From positions 21,514,278 to 21,578,277 of the forward strand of contig CM119265.1 in NCBI GenBank assembly GCA_051294375.1: a stretch of DNA of 64,000 bases, given 5' to 3'. The stretch comes from Paraspadella gotoi (lineage: Eukaryota > Animalia > Chaetognatha). This document shows positions 1 to 14,189 of this stretch, in pieces (within the stretch, counting starts at the first letter, position 1; every line of letters starts with the position of its first letter). A model generated the notes under the pieces. That model saw only the letters and a list, made by a program, of their open reading frames with translations. It was not told the DNA's origin and searched no databases. A program made the translations under genes and the position numbers.

Positions 1-1738
1 ATGACATAAGACTGAAATATTGTTTTCATAAGTTTTTACAAAACACGGGCGCAACTTGACGAATTCAGAAAAGATATTTGTAATGAATATTCAACAATAT
101 TAAATAAATAAAAAAACTGAAGGAATGGATCCGTCGTTGAAAAATGAATAATTCATGAACCGAGAAGCACGGAAGCACGCACGTGCATTGAACGTCGCCA
201 TTCATTGGCCCATCTAAAGCTTTCCTATGTGCGCGCGGGATGATTGGCCAAAGAGAGATTTGGCTTCAAAGCATGGAGAAAGAAGAGATCGTTTGATTGG
301 TCGGCGAAGTCATGAAGCTTGAATCCTGCTCTACGGATTTAAAGAGGAAGGAGAGTGAGCTAGCCTTTTCTTAAATTTAGTATTACATTGATAATAGCTA
401 TAACGTATGTTTTTTGCCAAATTGTAAAAACTGTGACCTGGCACCATATAATTACGAAAGAATAGTAATTGAATGGTAATTGTAGGCAAGATTGACGGTC
501 AAAACTCATAAGAAGCATACCAAAGATCAGTTAAAAATATAATAAGGTTCATATAAATTATAAATTATATAATTATATAATAAATTAAATAAATTATAAT
601 CTGGGCAATTATGGGCAATTATGGACAATTATGGGCATAATCATTAATCAATCCAAAAATTGAAAAAATTATGTTCTTTTTTTCAAATACCTTTACATAA
701 AAATCCGTTATAAGGCGCAACATTTGTCAGTTTTCTGTTTTCTTTGATTAACAGATAAAAGAACATCGACAACCAGCAAACAGTTGCACAGTTTTTTTCA
801 AGTATAATCTTCCCCGAAAAGCAATTATTTATTTAAATCCTTCAAAAAATCCGCCCAATTTTCATTCCTGCAACGCTTTTCTGAATGATGCGATAAAAAC
901 GCGAGGTAACTCGTTTTTGACATTTTGTTTATCAATTTAACATTTTGATGTAAACATTTGGTGCCGTTCATTGACCGTTGAGACAAAATTAACCTCTGTT
1001 AAATAGGTTTACATCATGTTTTTTCTTGCTAATCCGTCTTGTTTTTTTTCTAAAGAGAGCATAATGATTTTATAACGAGGGCTTTTATTCGTCATCTGTG
1101 CTTTGTTGGTTCTCTTTTAATCTGCCATGCCGAATCTAAACCGTGGTAGGTCGGATTTTGCAAATGATCTGTGGTGGATGTGTTAGCGATGGGAAGTCAA
1201 CCGCAATAGTCACTCCGCTTTTCATCAGGAGAGAAAAAAGTCTTTCTCATTTGGCAGTAAGTTAAGCCGAAAATCGGAACACACTTCGTCACCTTACGGC
1301 ACAGTACACGGCCCAGCACAGCCCAGCACAGCCCTCGCCTAGGGCCCAGGGCCCAGGATTAAGTTGGAATTTCCTCACAATTTTACTACATTTGTTTTGG
1401 AAATTTTGATTTTTATTAGGAATTTTTGTTGAGCACAAATGATGAAATGATCCCTAACGATAAGTCCGAACTCAGATATCACGATTCACGAGACTTCGGT
1501 TCTAACATTTTTATCGTTCAATTTTGACATTACTACTAAAGAATATCTCTTAGACTTAGTTTTAAACTTTTTTCATTACTAGCTTTTTAAAAAAAAATTT
1601 TTTAAGTTGCCACTTGTTCACGGAATTGTAATATTGTAATATTTCTGCAATTGCTTTAAATTTCATTTGGTTCGCTCCTTTCGCATTCGAGAATAGAAAT
1701 GGGCTTGTGAAACAGAAGTTGTCGATTTAAATTTGACG

Positions 1739-4700
1739 ATGGACGATTCGCTCGAGGAAGCGATCCGTTCTAAAGACACGGGCGAGAGACGATGGCGCGG
1801 CGCCGACGATGTCGCCAGAGCAACTGCGCCCACAGAAACTCCGTGGGAGCGCGTGAGGTCGGAGAAAGAGGCACCGACGACTCTGATGCGCGACAGGAGA
1901 AACATGATTCTCGAAGAGGAAGAATTCTTCGGCGGCGGCGGCGCCACTTATCCCTCGGTCGTCCCTCCGCGTTCCCCGGGGATGACCGCCAAGATGGCCT
2001 CCGACTCGAATCTGTTAAATCCCTATTCGAGGTAGTCGAGCGTCGCAAAGCATTTAATTCGTGGTAGTGTCTTTGTTCGTATGAGGATCTTTGATTCTTC
2101 AAGATGTGCCTTGGCTTGGAACTGTGATTCTCTCGTTTGTACTAAATTCACGGTTTTAATTTCTTTATGGAAGAAAACTAAACGAAGCGGAGACGGATTC
2201 GACGCGCGGTAGTGCCAACGCGTACGCGTCGTCTTCGGTGAGAAGTTCTCGCTCGCGTTCGAGCGCGGGACTGCCGAGGTGATTTTTTTTTTTATTACTC
2301 CATTCATTTTCGTTTCGCCTCATTACGTTTTAGGTCTTGTTCTTTTGTTCATTAGTTTTTATTTTGGTTAACACAGCAGCATGCACGACAGGGGTTCGTA
2401 CCACTATCCAAACGCTGGTTCCGCTTTCAGTGATGATCTATCTTGGAATGATGAGGGTTATGTAAGTATAAGGAGGTTTTTTCCGCATTTGAGGTAAAAG
2501 CTTCCTGTTGATTGACATTAGTATAATGTACTTAAATGTTGGAAGTCTCGGTTCTCAACCGTTTTAGTTATTCACTTCAGGTATTTATCATTCAATAGTC
2601 ATTGTCCTCCATAACAAATAAAAGTTTTATACCCACTTCAGACGTTTTTAAATATGAATTCCGATGTTTTTTTGTTCTAAGTTATTGTTCTAAGATATTT
2701 ATTAAAATGAGAAAACAATTTTTCACATTTATTTTATTGGAATTAATGGACGTTTCTGATTGTTTTCTATTTCTAATTAACTTCCAGGTTTCCTTGTTTC
2801 TATTGAATAGCACAAAAGCATAAAAGTCAATCATTTGTTGAAGCAATTGTTATTAAACAACACTTGAGCTATTGATTAATTCCCCTTTTTTATCCCCAAA
2901 ATCTTATCCGTTTCGACTCTTGCGACTTGAAAATCCGTCATCACCAAAGTCGACAATCTCCACCCTCCCGCAGCGTGAGAGCCGCTGGGGCACAATGGAA
3001 GGGGTACCCGGTCCTTCGGGGGTCGGCCGAGCGGGATCTATATCGGACTCTCTGTCGCCGGGTTCTTATCACGGGGCGACCATGCGTCATCGAACGCAAC
3101 GGCGCAGCAATGACAGAAAGATAGGGCACAGACGGGTGGACGAGGAGGGGAACGTCTCGTACAAAAAGGTGATGACAAGAGAGGGACGATATTTCAGGGA
3201 AATATATGCCAATTTTTTAAACCTAATACACCAGCTTTATTATATTGTATAACTTTAGTTGATATTGAACGCTTTTTTGTTTTTGTTCATTTTTCTTTAG
3301 ACGCCATCCTCGGAGCTAATGGCAGCGATTCAGCTTGGAATTGCACAATCACTAGTCAATTTGAAAAGTGCACCTCAAAGAGATGTTCTTTTGCAAGATT
3401 TTGCTGTTGTTGATACCGTATACTTTCCAAGGTATGTAATTAATTTCTAAAACAATTTTTTCATCATTTTTAAAATTGCAGTGACGTGATCGTATACAAG
3501 TGTTTTGCAAATCTTAGCAATAAATTATTAATTAACCTTTTGAATTTTTTTACATCTAAAATGTTACCCTGAAAAAATTCCTTATTTTGATAATAATGTT
3601 GCGTGTTCATCAGCAAATACGCTGGAGATATTGTGCAACACAGTATCTGTATCGATGAAGGTGTATCTTCGCCTGCGAGCACCCTCAAGCAAAAGTATGA
3701 CACAATTTCACTGAATTTCATTAAGCACAAAACCATGGCTGCGGTAATACAAAATTAATAAAATACAAGATTGAAAGTTTTCTTGTAATTTGTTTTTTTT
3801 TTAAATTTACCCAGTAAACAGCTTTTCAAAAATACACCTTGCTTTTCCAGTTTGTAGAATTTTATCTATTGTCAGCACCAGAATATTTTTTTTTATGAAA
3901 TTAATTTTCTTGGTTATAACTTTCAAAGTTTAATTGAGCATGCTACATCGAGCTATAAACTGACTATACCATGATTATGCGGCGAGCTTTTAAGGTTTTT
4001 CTAATTTGACATACAATCCAAATCCATTTTCGAAAAAAAAATTTGAACTACGTTTAGTAAAATTCATGGTTATCTTTCGTCAATTGTGTTAAGTTAACTT
4101 TGAATTGATAATAATATTACTTTTATCTCTAAATATAAATGTGTTCAAATTTAAAAACCGAAATAAGCAACGCAAATACAATCAATGCTTTCTTTGCTTT
4201 CGCTCGAAATTAAGGTGAAAGATCAATTTTTATTATTTAAAAAGCTTTTCTTTGCATGATCTATTTTGAGTTATTTTGATTATTGTTAACTGAGATATAA
4301 TTAAATTATAATTGTGTTGCAACGGAAAGATTAACCATGTACAGGCTTTTAAATTACTTCAGCATTCGTTACAAGTTATGGCATTTTTACGCAATATACA
4401 TTGCAATTTAAGCTCTTGTCTCAGTTCTTTTTAGGGTAAAATAGGGTAGCCCAACACTAATAAATAAAAAAATATTATATATTAAGAAGTAACGTAAAAG
4501 GCTACTACAAAAATAGATTCATGTTGAAAGCAACAGAAAGGTAAAAATAAATTAGTTTTATTTAGACTAGAAACTAGCCTTTAACAACCGTTGTGCTACC
4601 CAGTAACTAGGTTTGTAGAATGTAAGAGAGAAGAAAAAAATTATGAAAATATTTTTCTTTTTTGATTCCTGTTGTTTTTTATTTCAGTGATGGAAGCCAA

Positions 4701-7700
4701 ATCACGGCATCTCATCAATTTTCTGACTTTCGGTTCAAAACGTATTCCCCAGTGGGCTTTCGTCATTTGCGCGATATGTTCGCCATTCAGTCAGATGATT
4801 TTCTTGTGAGTTTCTTTTTAACGTTTAGATATCATTAAAAGCTCAGTAAAACTTTTCCGATTTAAAGAAATGCGTTAACTGTTAAGCAATGAAGGGACAT
4901 GATAAACCAAATCATATATTGTCCTTCAGATTTCCGTTTGCAACGAGTCGCTTAAAGAATTGTCAAATCCCGGAGCCAGCGGATCCATTTTTTTCTTATC
5001 CCGCGACGACGAATTCATCATCAAAACTGTGCAACACAAAGAAGCAGAGTTTCTTCAAAAGCTTTTACCCGGGTATTACATGGTAAGATAATTCTTTAAA
5101 CGTTAATGTATTCAATTGCTTAAATATAAAAGCTATCTCTTTAAAAAATTTACTAAATTTTGATTATTTTATATTTTATAATTTATATTTTATAAGAAAT
5201 ATCCTTCATTTATGCATAAGTTTTGTTTTTAGCCGAATAATTTTCAGCCATTACCGTCATGTGCAAAAAAATCGCTCCACTTTATTCCGGACTTTAAAAT
5301 TATTCTATATATGTACTTGAATTCTTTTTAAAAATTTAAAAAGTGAATTTAAATTTATTGAAAGATGGATCGGCTCTCAAAATAAATAAATAATAATCTT
5401 AAGGTTATTAATATTTACGATGAATGACAGGTCCATAATTCTGAAGCTTTTAGATAAAAGTCGATTTTCCCGTTTAAAATTATTTTTTTATAAAATTCTT
5501 AGAAATGTTTTTATAGAGGGTCTGAAATTTAAAGTTATAAAGTGACCATATTTTTTTGCACGAGTGTATTTGAAACGTCGTTACCGAGCTCATGAAATAT
5601 CAACCGCTTTACTCTTTTATTTCAGAATCTAGTCCAAAACCCAAGAACACTTTTGCCAAAGTTCTTCGGTTTATTTTGCTATCAGTGTAGTGGGAAAAAC
5701 ATTAGATTAAGCATCATGAACAATTTGTTGCCAACGTCGATTCCCATGCATCTGAAGTACGATCTCAAAGGCTCAACGTTTAAAAGAAAAGCGTCAAAAC
5801 ATGAAAGGGCGAAAAAGGTAACCCGAACCGTCCCTTCTTTCGCTAAGGTAAGGATTTGCTGTCCGCGTTAACTCTCCTATCTTTCCCATCGCTTCAGTCG
5901 CCGACCTTTAAAGATCTGGACTTTTTGGAGCAACATCCTTCGGGGATCGAACTCGAGGTCGAGACCTACGAGGCTTTGGAGAAGACTCTCCGCCGCGACG
6001 TTCGCGTCCTCGAGTCCTTCAAGATCATGGATTACTCGCTCCTCCTTGGAGTGCACAACCTCGACGAATATGAGCGGGAGAAGAAGAGAACGTGCGTATT
6101 TGCTTGACTGTTTAAATCCTAATTAAATTTTTTTAAATAAGTTGAAAGTTTTATTCGAACCATCACTTTAACTTAGACGCGAAGAACGCAAAAAAGCAGA
6201 CGTCACTCCAGACTCGGGCGGCGGCGACAACGACGACCCCGAAAATGATGGCGATAACAACGAATCGCAAGAAGAAGCGGAATCTGAGGGTCTCGGCGCC
6301 ATCGCCAAATTGGCTGGAGCTTCAGTTAAAGGTAACATGAAAGGCGCAAAATTATAATTATTATTATCGTTGTTATTATTATTATTATTATTATCTCATG
6401 AAGTTACCGGATTCGCCTGAAAAAAATGAAAAAAATTGAAATTTATAATAACATATTTTATATTTTTGACCTAACTTTTTATAAAGAGTCACAATCTTTA
6501 ATAAATATATTTTGAAAATGAATTATTTTGTAAGGTTGGATAATGTTTAGCAGTCGATTATTTTTTAAAATTTTAATCATCGGTGAAAAATGATAAAAAT
6601 TAACGGTAAAACGTTAAAACCGGTTAATTTGGTTGGTAACTATCCTTATTTTTGGAGAATCACAGGAACTGCCAAAATGTCTTAATAAAATATTAGTTTA
6701 TATTCTAATTAATTTATATTGACCCCCTTTTCCTTTTATTTCTTTTTCTGGCAGACGTATATTCATTAACAATAAATTCTTCAAAAAAAAACAACTACAA
6801 AACAAAAAAAATCCTAAAGGATTGTGTACTTATTCATAAGGAATTTAAAATTCTGGTATAGGAGCAGTGAGCATTTGTTAACAGACAGTACCTTGGGAGA
6901 GTGGGACTCGTTGAACTTGAAACAAACAGAAGATTTTGGGCCATCAAAAACTCAAAATAAAAACATTTTAAAATTAACCGTTAATTTTAAAAAAATTAAT
7001 CGATCAATTTGAAGAGACAGTAATTATTGTAATGTGTTAGTGATAGAACCGTTCAATATAAACAGTCCCTGAGCTTCGGATCAGGGTGTAACACCATGTT
7101 ACAGGCGGGTTAAGCACCCCGTCCCTCTTAACTGCTAGGCGACCACCGGGCTAGAACCCTGGACCTTTGGGTTGGGAGACGAATGACTTGCCTCTGGCAC
7201 CAATGGCCGCTGATGAACGGTTGGTGGATTTTAGTCCACCATAAATTAAAATTATTTTTCATCGATGATTAACCGTTAATCGTTAATCGGATAAAAGGCC
7301 TAATTGGGACGAGCTGGAAGGGAAAATGCTATCCGAGAGGCAAATATAGGATATCCCCCCACATTACATATTAATTTATTATAATTATATTTGTTCGCAG
7401 CCATGATTGTTCGTCAGAAGTCGATGAATCGCGAGCGCCTTTCGACGTTCACTACGGCTATGGAGTCCATAACAGCGGAGACGCTGAACGACCCGATAGA
7501 TTTGGACGAAGACATTCCGTGAGTGATAAAATAAATGATTATAACGGACGACGAATCTGGCTGAAAGCTCGACTCGCTCTTCATTCCTTAATTGATACAA
7601 TTTGCTTCTAACAGCGTCGGCGGCATTCCAGCTCGTAACTCCAACGGGGACCGTCTGCTTCTCTTCATTGGTATCATCGATATCCTCCAGAATTATCGTC

Positions 7701-10700
7701 TCGTAAAGAAAATGGAGCATGTGTTCAAAGCGGTCGTTCACGATGGGGTAAAAAAGGAGCGAGATTTTCACGCTTAAATATTTTTTTTTTCGCCATTATT
7801 GATAATCAACAATTTGACAGGATACCGTTTCCGTTCATCGCCCCGATTTTTACGCTGAACGTTTCCTCGATTTCGTTCTGAAAAAAGTGTTCCGCAAAGT
7901 GCAATCACGTAAGTGACGTTTTCAATCCTATCTTTTTTCCCATTTCCTTCCTTCCTTCCTTCCTTCCTTCCTTCCTTCCTATCTTTCTCTTACCCCGCAA
8001 TCCACTCAGAATGGTTTTTTTTTTATACTTTTTTGCATTCTCGTGAATGTCATGAATTAAATGAACATGCTCGCAGAGTTTTTGCGCATTCAACATCGCT
8101 TTGCATCAATTTTAGTCGCTATTTTTGCTTGTAGTGGTTATTTGCATTATTAGAATTCCCGCTTGAAACAAACCCCTGAACTGGGAATTTCTGTTATTAT
8201 CTTATGAAGCGTCGGAATATATTGAATAATAAATAGTATAACAAGTTAATTTTTAGTATTTAACTAGACGGTCAAAAAAATTTCAGCGAGCTTACCAAGA
8301 AAATATCTTTGCTATTCTGAAGTGGATACTTAGAATTTTGGAAAAAAATATATTTAGAAATACCCATATTCTCTGTGACGTTCCTGTTATATCATATCCC
8401 TACCGCATTAACAATTAACCAAGTTGTACCTCTCTTTAATAAAAAAAGTGGATCCCCCTGATTCTGCGGAATGCACTGGAGTTCAAAAATTCCGCAAGAT
8501 AGCGCTTGGTGTCGTCGCTTCTGAGGGTAAAAAAAATTAAAATAAAAAAATGATCGTCCCGATTATTTTTTTACTTAATGTAATCACCTTAAAAGATTTA
8601 AGTACAATTATTTTTTTTCTTATTTTTCCTTGTGTACTAAATTATTAACCTTCAATCAGTCCACTTATACGCAACGTTAATCGCTATTTTAAGTATATTT
8701 TATGGTTCATCATTGGCACCGCTTTTTTCAGACTTTTGGACGTATGACCTTTTTACGCTCTTATATGCCGTGTAGTTTCATTTTTCTGGGGTCATTAATT
8801 GTGGTAATGCTAAAGTGAACATTTACATACTTTTGGAGCGGGTTCTGCAAGTTTTTTAATATTTTTTCCTTTTTACATTTTTATTCCTTCCCTTATGATA
8901 TTTTTTCGTCTGCATGGTGCATCTTTTATTCGCATGACATCAAACTTTACCAATTGCTTCTCGCGTTGTCTGGTAAAGTGGATCCCTGGCCGGCGCGCTC
9001 TCAACAGTCAATGTTTTCGTCGATAAGAAAAAAGGTTTCGAGTCGTTCACATACCAGCGACGGTTCAAAAGGGACGAGTAATTCTGAGAAACGGAGGGAC
9101 GGGATCAGACCAAAATGTGGCGCGAGTTGCTCTTTGTGTCTTCACGGTGCTACCAAACAAAAAGTTGGATACAATCGTAACAGAAGTAGTGAAAGAAAGC
9201 CAGGTTGGGGCTTACTAACTTTCTTAAATCATCCAAGTTAATTAGGCATCCTTGTCAAGTCTGACGGCCTTAATGCATATTATTATCAAGAATTTTTCTA
9301 AAATAGTATTTGTTATAATCCTGATTGATGCAGATGGCACGGTAAAACTTTTACCGCCTTATTCGAATTTGTCATCACGGACAAAATTACCGCCACAAGT
9401 GTCCTTCGCTACCACATTAGCCGATAATGTTATAGCCACCCCAGGCTCTCTTCACCTGCATCCGGATATGCAGGGAAAATACGACTATTCCCCCCATGGA
9501 GGGTGAGACCAAGTTTTACTGCTGTGTTGCGAATTTGTTTATAGTATCTTCTCGTGTTTTTTTTTTCGTCGCAATCTCCTGCGCTTGCGACGATTTTGTG
9601 ACGATGGTCCCCATAAATGTCGTTGTCGTCGTCGGCGTTCCAATTATAGATCACCCTTTCTTAAATTATTGGTAATTGTATGAAGTTGAAGATTTAGACA
9701 TATTCTCATCAAGGTTCTTGAAAACTGATAAGGTACTACATTAAATGTGATTTATTGATTTTATATAAACAAAAAAAAATTATTTTATTTATGTCTCTTT
9801 CTCTCTGTCTTTTTCTCAGTCGCTGCCTTTTCTGATTTGTCCAAAAACGAGTTGAGCTCCGCAGCGGCTGAACGTTACGCGTCTCTCTCTCACTCGCTCT
9901 CTTCTCTAACTTTTTTTCTCTCTATTTCTTTTTTTTCTTTCTGTCTCTCTGTTTTTTTATTAAAAAAAAAATTGTATCAGCATCGAACTCGTGATGTTAA
10001 GAATGGCAGTCGCACATGTTATCATTTCACCATCTTTTCCTTTTTTTTTATTTTTTCATTATCTCTCTTACATTTATTCATTCAATTTCTTCAATTAAAT
10101 TAAATAAATTAAATTCGTTTAATTTAATTAATTCAGTTCTTACTTTTAAGTTTATTTATTCAATACAATTTATTTATCTCAATTCTTTTTTTTTTAGAAT
10201 GAAATTTAAAGTTAAACTTAATTCATTCATATTTATTTTATTTCATTTTATTCATTTCATTTTTATTTATTTATATTTATATTCATTTATTTATTTATTC
10301 TTATATATTAAGCCAAGTTTATGAATAAAACTTTTTGTATCAAATATGAATTTTTGTTTGAGTTTCAAAGTTTGTCATGGGTCCATAATTTTTATCTGCG
10401 ATTACGACGATCCTTATACTTTTAAGATTTTTTTTGAGGCCTCTCTGACGATCAGTGTTATCATGTCCCACATGATGGGCAGTAGTCTAAGTTTCTTTTG
10501 CGAGCAGCCGAGGAGGTATATATACATATTGAATGATGTAAACGAGTTTTGTTTGTTAGTGTCGTCGAATTAAAGTTCAGCGATGTTGCAGGGTTTTAAC
10601 TCTCTCGATGAATCGTCGCCCTCATTCTTTCTATGGTATGCGATCATGCGCCCTTCCTTCCCCTACCGCCTCAACCCGGCGGAGACGGTCGCATCTCAAC

Positions 10701-13700
10701 TCCACTTGAAGTCCACTTTCTCACGAATTTTTGACTTGGCGTCTTTTTCGTTTTTTGCTTGCTTATTTATACGTCTTTAGTTTAGAATTTGATTATGAAT
10801 ATATGAGGAAATTAAACCGTAATTAAAGGTAATATTTTACTGTTGTTAGATTTGAGTTTTGAAGTTTTTTCCTTCGTCTCCGTCTTCATTGCTGTTTTTG
10901 CTAATGCGTCGAATGTTTTTATCTATAGTTAACGGGTTTTTTAAATTTTACTAATGATTTTCGTAACAAAACACATGCAAATACAAATAAAATTATAAAA
11001 CTTTTATTAAAAAAGCATTACATATGAATCGCGGCAGCATAGTGGATCGATTAGATCGTTTAAAGTAATTCTGTTGTAAAATTAAGATACGTAAAACCAA
11101 TTCACAAACGCCATCAACGCCTCATCCTGTTAACTTTTTTTGGATACTTTTGCTTCCGTGATTCATTAATTATTTAACAACCAGATGATCAAAAAACATA
11201 GTGCATGTGGTACAGACGTTTGGTTTAAAATGTTTTCTTTCATTTACACATTTTAATTCCACTTTTATTCTTGTCCGCAACTTTCTCTCCCTAGCCCTAA
11301 AAAGTTCCCCCTCGAAGCGTGGCAAGATGTCGCGTTTCGGACGGCAGTCCGTGTCGGTCGACGTCGCCGCAGTGGGTCCCAGTAGCGAAACACCACAAGG
11401 AGGCAAGTGACAGATTTCATCGAAGAAAGTATCATCTAACTAGTTCGGAATTCATCCTTTTTAGTTTTGTTGGCTGGCAAGAATGTCTCCGAGACCGGAA
11501 GTAAGTTATAAGTCCATACGCTGAAGTCTACAGACTTGCTGATCTTCCTCCTTACTTTACTTCCCAAGAATCGCCGTTGATCAAAGTCGCTTCGGTTTCT
11601 CCGGCTGTTCGTATGACCGGTGTTCCGGAAGAGTCCCCCCGGTCGAATGGCGAGACGGCTGGATTAGCCGCTGCGCCCCCGGCCGTCGGTGGAAACCTTC
11701 CTAAAAACGGCGTCACGTCCGATTCGTCGTCTTCTGGAATTTCCTCGGCGGGGCAGACCACCTTATCTCATCTCTCGCCTCAACTCCGGTCTTAAAATTT
11801 TATTAATGATTAATCCGATATCTTTCTTTCAATAAACCAATCGTGTCGACTTTCACTTCTTCAGGCGAGTCCTCAGTCCAGAGCCGGGCGCGGGCGGCGG
11901 AGTTGCCTGGTCTCCTCCCCACAGTTGGGCTGGATCCACTCCGACTCACACCGAGGGCACCCCGTCCTTCACGGAATCCAGTTCTTCGGAATGGATCGGG
12001 GGTGAGAAAATGACTGAAAAACTCTGGTCGACGCCGTTGCGCTCTTTGGTCCTTTCAGAACCACTGCTACTCTTCCCCTTCCCTTCGCCGCAGACCTTTC
12101 GCACGGATCCGAAGCCATTTACCCTCCCGACCACCGAAAATCTGAGACATCCGTCGTCCCCCTTCCGGCCGATCCTCGATCTGGCGACGTCGGTGGCGCC
12201 ACCCTTAACGGAAACTCTTTCGACGAGAGCCGAACGCCGACGCTGACTCCGAGAGAAGGCGGTTCGCTCGACCTGACCCCGACGGCGGAGGTGAGAAACA
12301 AGGGGTTTGGGGGTGCAGAGTTGAGCGATTTCGGTTTCTTTTTACGTTGAAGCTCGCGTCCACCGATAAATGTCCGTAAATGGCTTGGCATGAAAATTTA
12401 AGGTTCGATCTTTTGAGAATTAAGTTTGTTTCTTCACTACCGACTCAAGACGTCGTAGATTGTATTCAATTTCTGTGTTTTTCATCTCGTCGCTTTTTGA
12501 TTAGTTTATTTTTTTGTTTTTTCATAGCAGCTTCAATATAATATACGGCAATTAACAATAATTAATGTCTTCTCGTTCCAAATTTTTTATTCCCCTTTTA
12601 TTCTTGCACGCGAACCAACACTTAAAAATCGCTCAGCCCATATAATCTTCTATCGTTCGACACTCTTCACCTCTCTCTCCCCCCCTCCTTTTCTCTTGTC
12701 TCTCTCTATAATGATAATTTCGTCGATTCTCGCTCGATTTGTCGACGTGTCCCCTTCGGACCATGGCCACCCCAACAATTTAAATGTCATCCGCTGATAG
12801 TCGTTCATGCATAATTAAGCATATAAACTCGACTGTAATCGAATAAGAAATTCGGAAATTATTGTTTAACACCAACTTAATGCTCTTTCACCAGTCATTA
12901 GAAGCTTGCAATCACGACTTGGATTAGGTAAAAATAGCATGTTTTTTCCTTTTTCCTGACCCTTCTATTAATATCGTGAGCCGTCTTTTTGCCACTTCAA
13001 CTTCCCCTTCCAAAAATTCAGATTTTTTTTTCTCTTTGCTTACACTTATTTTAACCCCTAAATAGTGGTCATTATCTTGGGACGAATCTAAGCATGTTAT
13101 TATCTTATATTGTCAGTGAGTGAATTGTTTCCATACATGGCTATATAGTATATACTGACTTGACCGAATAGTTCGCGGAGTTTCTGTAATTTTATCTCTA
13201 GCAAAGTTTTATCATAATATAAACAAGGGCTTTACAATTTGCTCATTTGATAATATCGTGAAAATCTTTGTCGGTTTTAGAAATTTTACATCTACATTTT
13301 ACATCATTTTACCATCTTTAAGTTTAACTATCTTTAAAGTTAAAATCTTTGCATTCATACGGTAAGTCTGGAATTAAGTAGAAGGCAATCAAAACAAAAA
13401 CAATTTTATTAACAGGTCTAAAAAAGATAGGTTGTGGACGCGTCCAAAAGGTAACAACGTTTTTCCAGAGTTCAAATGTTCAAGGCAGAAAAAAAAATCA
13501 CTAACAAGCGTCTTATTCGGTTAAGAGGTGACTTTTATGCTACTAACTGACTTAAACTGAAAATGCAGCCATAGCTAATTTAGATCTGTACTCACTATTT
13601 TCTGGAACTACCTTTAGGTTCGCAGACTATAAATCCAAAATTTCTGTCCGTGATTTTTCCATTTCAGCTCTTTTTTGTAGAATGCATATTCGTCCGTTTC

Positions 13701-14189
13701 TTTCTTCTCCAGCTGCCCCATCCGCCTCTGCCTTCCCACCCGACATCCCTGCGTCCCGCCCCCGTCAGCCGCGCCCTTTCCTCTGACCATCATCGCGCCC
13801 CGCCTCTGCACGAGGCCTTTTTCGAAGGCGCCCTCTCTGCCCCTTCCCCTGTTGAGGACGAAGCGGCTGTCATTGCCGCAGCCCCATCATTTTCGGAACA
13901 GCTCCGAGCGCATCGTGAGTCTCTCACGCGTCCCTCCCCACCCTCGCTCGCTTTAATTACCGACATCGATTCGGCGATGGACGAACCGTCGCCCGAACGT
14001 CCCGCCATCTACATTCCGAGAGCCGAACTCTTCACACAACTTCATCGAGAAATGGAGGCGGCCGAGTCGACGTCTACCCCCGAACGAAATTCCCGTGCCC
14101 AACACCTGTTGGCTCGACAAGAGGCTTTGGCAGGGGAGGCGTTCCGCGACGAGGACGACGTTCCGGAAATGGAAATCACGTATTTGTGA
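1739..14189 (+). CDS. PIP5K1: Type I phosphatidylinositol-4-phosphate 5-kinase (multi-exon; gene span)
   Basis: Spliced exons give family motifs: [14 protein letters not shown] (~3126-3168), [13 protein letters not shown] (3301-3431), [18 protein letters not shown] (4688-4804), [42 protein letters not shown] (4930-5082), [24 protein letters not shown] (5626-5817), [50 protein letters not shown] (11294+). The first and last exons are inferred from GT-AG phase and composition. Confidence 0.93.
7061..7136 (-). ncRNA. Twister ribozyme, type P5 (copy A)
   Basis: Minus strand reads AGCAGT-TAA-GAGG-GA-CGG-GGTGCT-TAA-CCC-GC-C-TGTAACA/TGTTACA-CCCTGA-T-CCG-AA-GC-TCAGGG-ACTGTT. P5 is AGCAGT/ACTGTT, T1 CGG/CCG, T2 GC/GC, P3 7 bp, P4 6 bp, and the conserved UAA and GA are present. 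P2 is short. Predicted cleavage U|A between 7112 and 7111. Confidence 0.8.
7138..7210 (-). pseudogene. tRNA-derived head (degenerate cloverleaf) directly upstream of twister A
   Basis: 72-nt unit with acceptor stem GCGGCCA/TGGTCGC, T-arm-like GGGTTCTAGCCC and anticodon-loop-like CTCCCAA. The D and anticodon stems are broken, so it is not called as a functional tRNA. Confidence 0.7.
9960..10030 (-). repeat. Degenerate tRNA-derived interspersed repeat; related copy at ~54242-54310
   Basis: Both copies read ttaaaaaaaaaattg..t..g....gaactcgt....ttaaga.t.gca.t....catgttatcattt next to CT-rich tracts. The minus strand has B-box-like GAGTTCGATGC / GAGTTCAAGCC. Confidence 0.45.

Larger units (their letters stand above)
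6573..7272. mobile_element. Possible foldback/MITE remnant enclosing the tRNA-twister copy A
   Basis: Imperfect inverted repeat ttaatcatcggtgaaaaatgat (6573-6594) vs attatttttcatcgatgattaa (7251-7272). Confidence 0.35.

Noticed and set aside
7138-7210. Functional tRNA-Gly(CCC)
   Set aside because: The anticodon and D stems do not pair and the T loop is short, so it is treated as tRNA-derived.
7210-7245. Hammerhead (CTGATGA followed by hairpin TGGTGGA/TCCACCA)
   Set aside because: No GAAA after the stem and wrong spacing.
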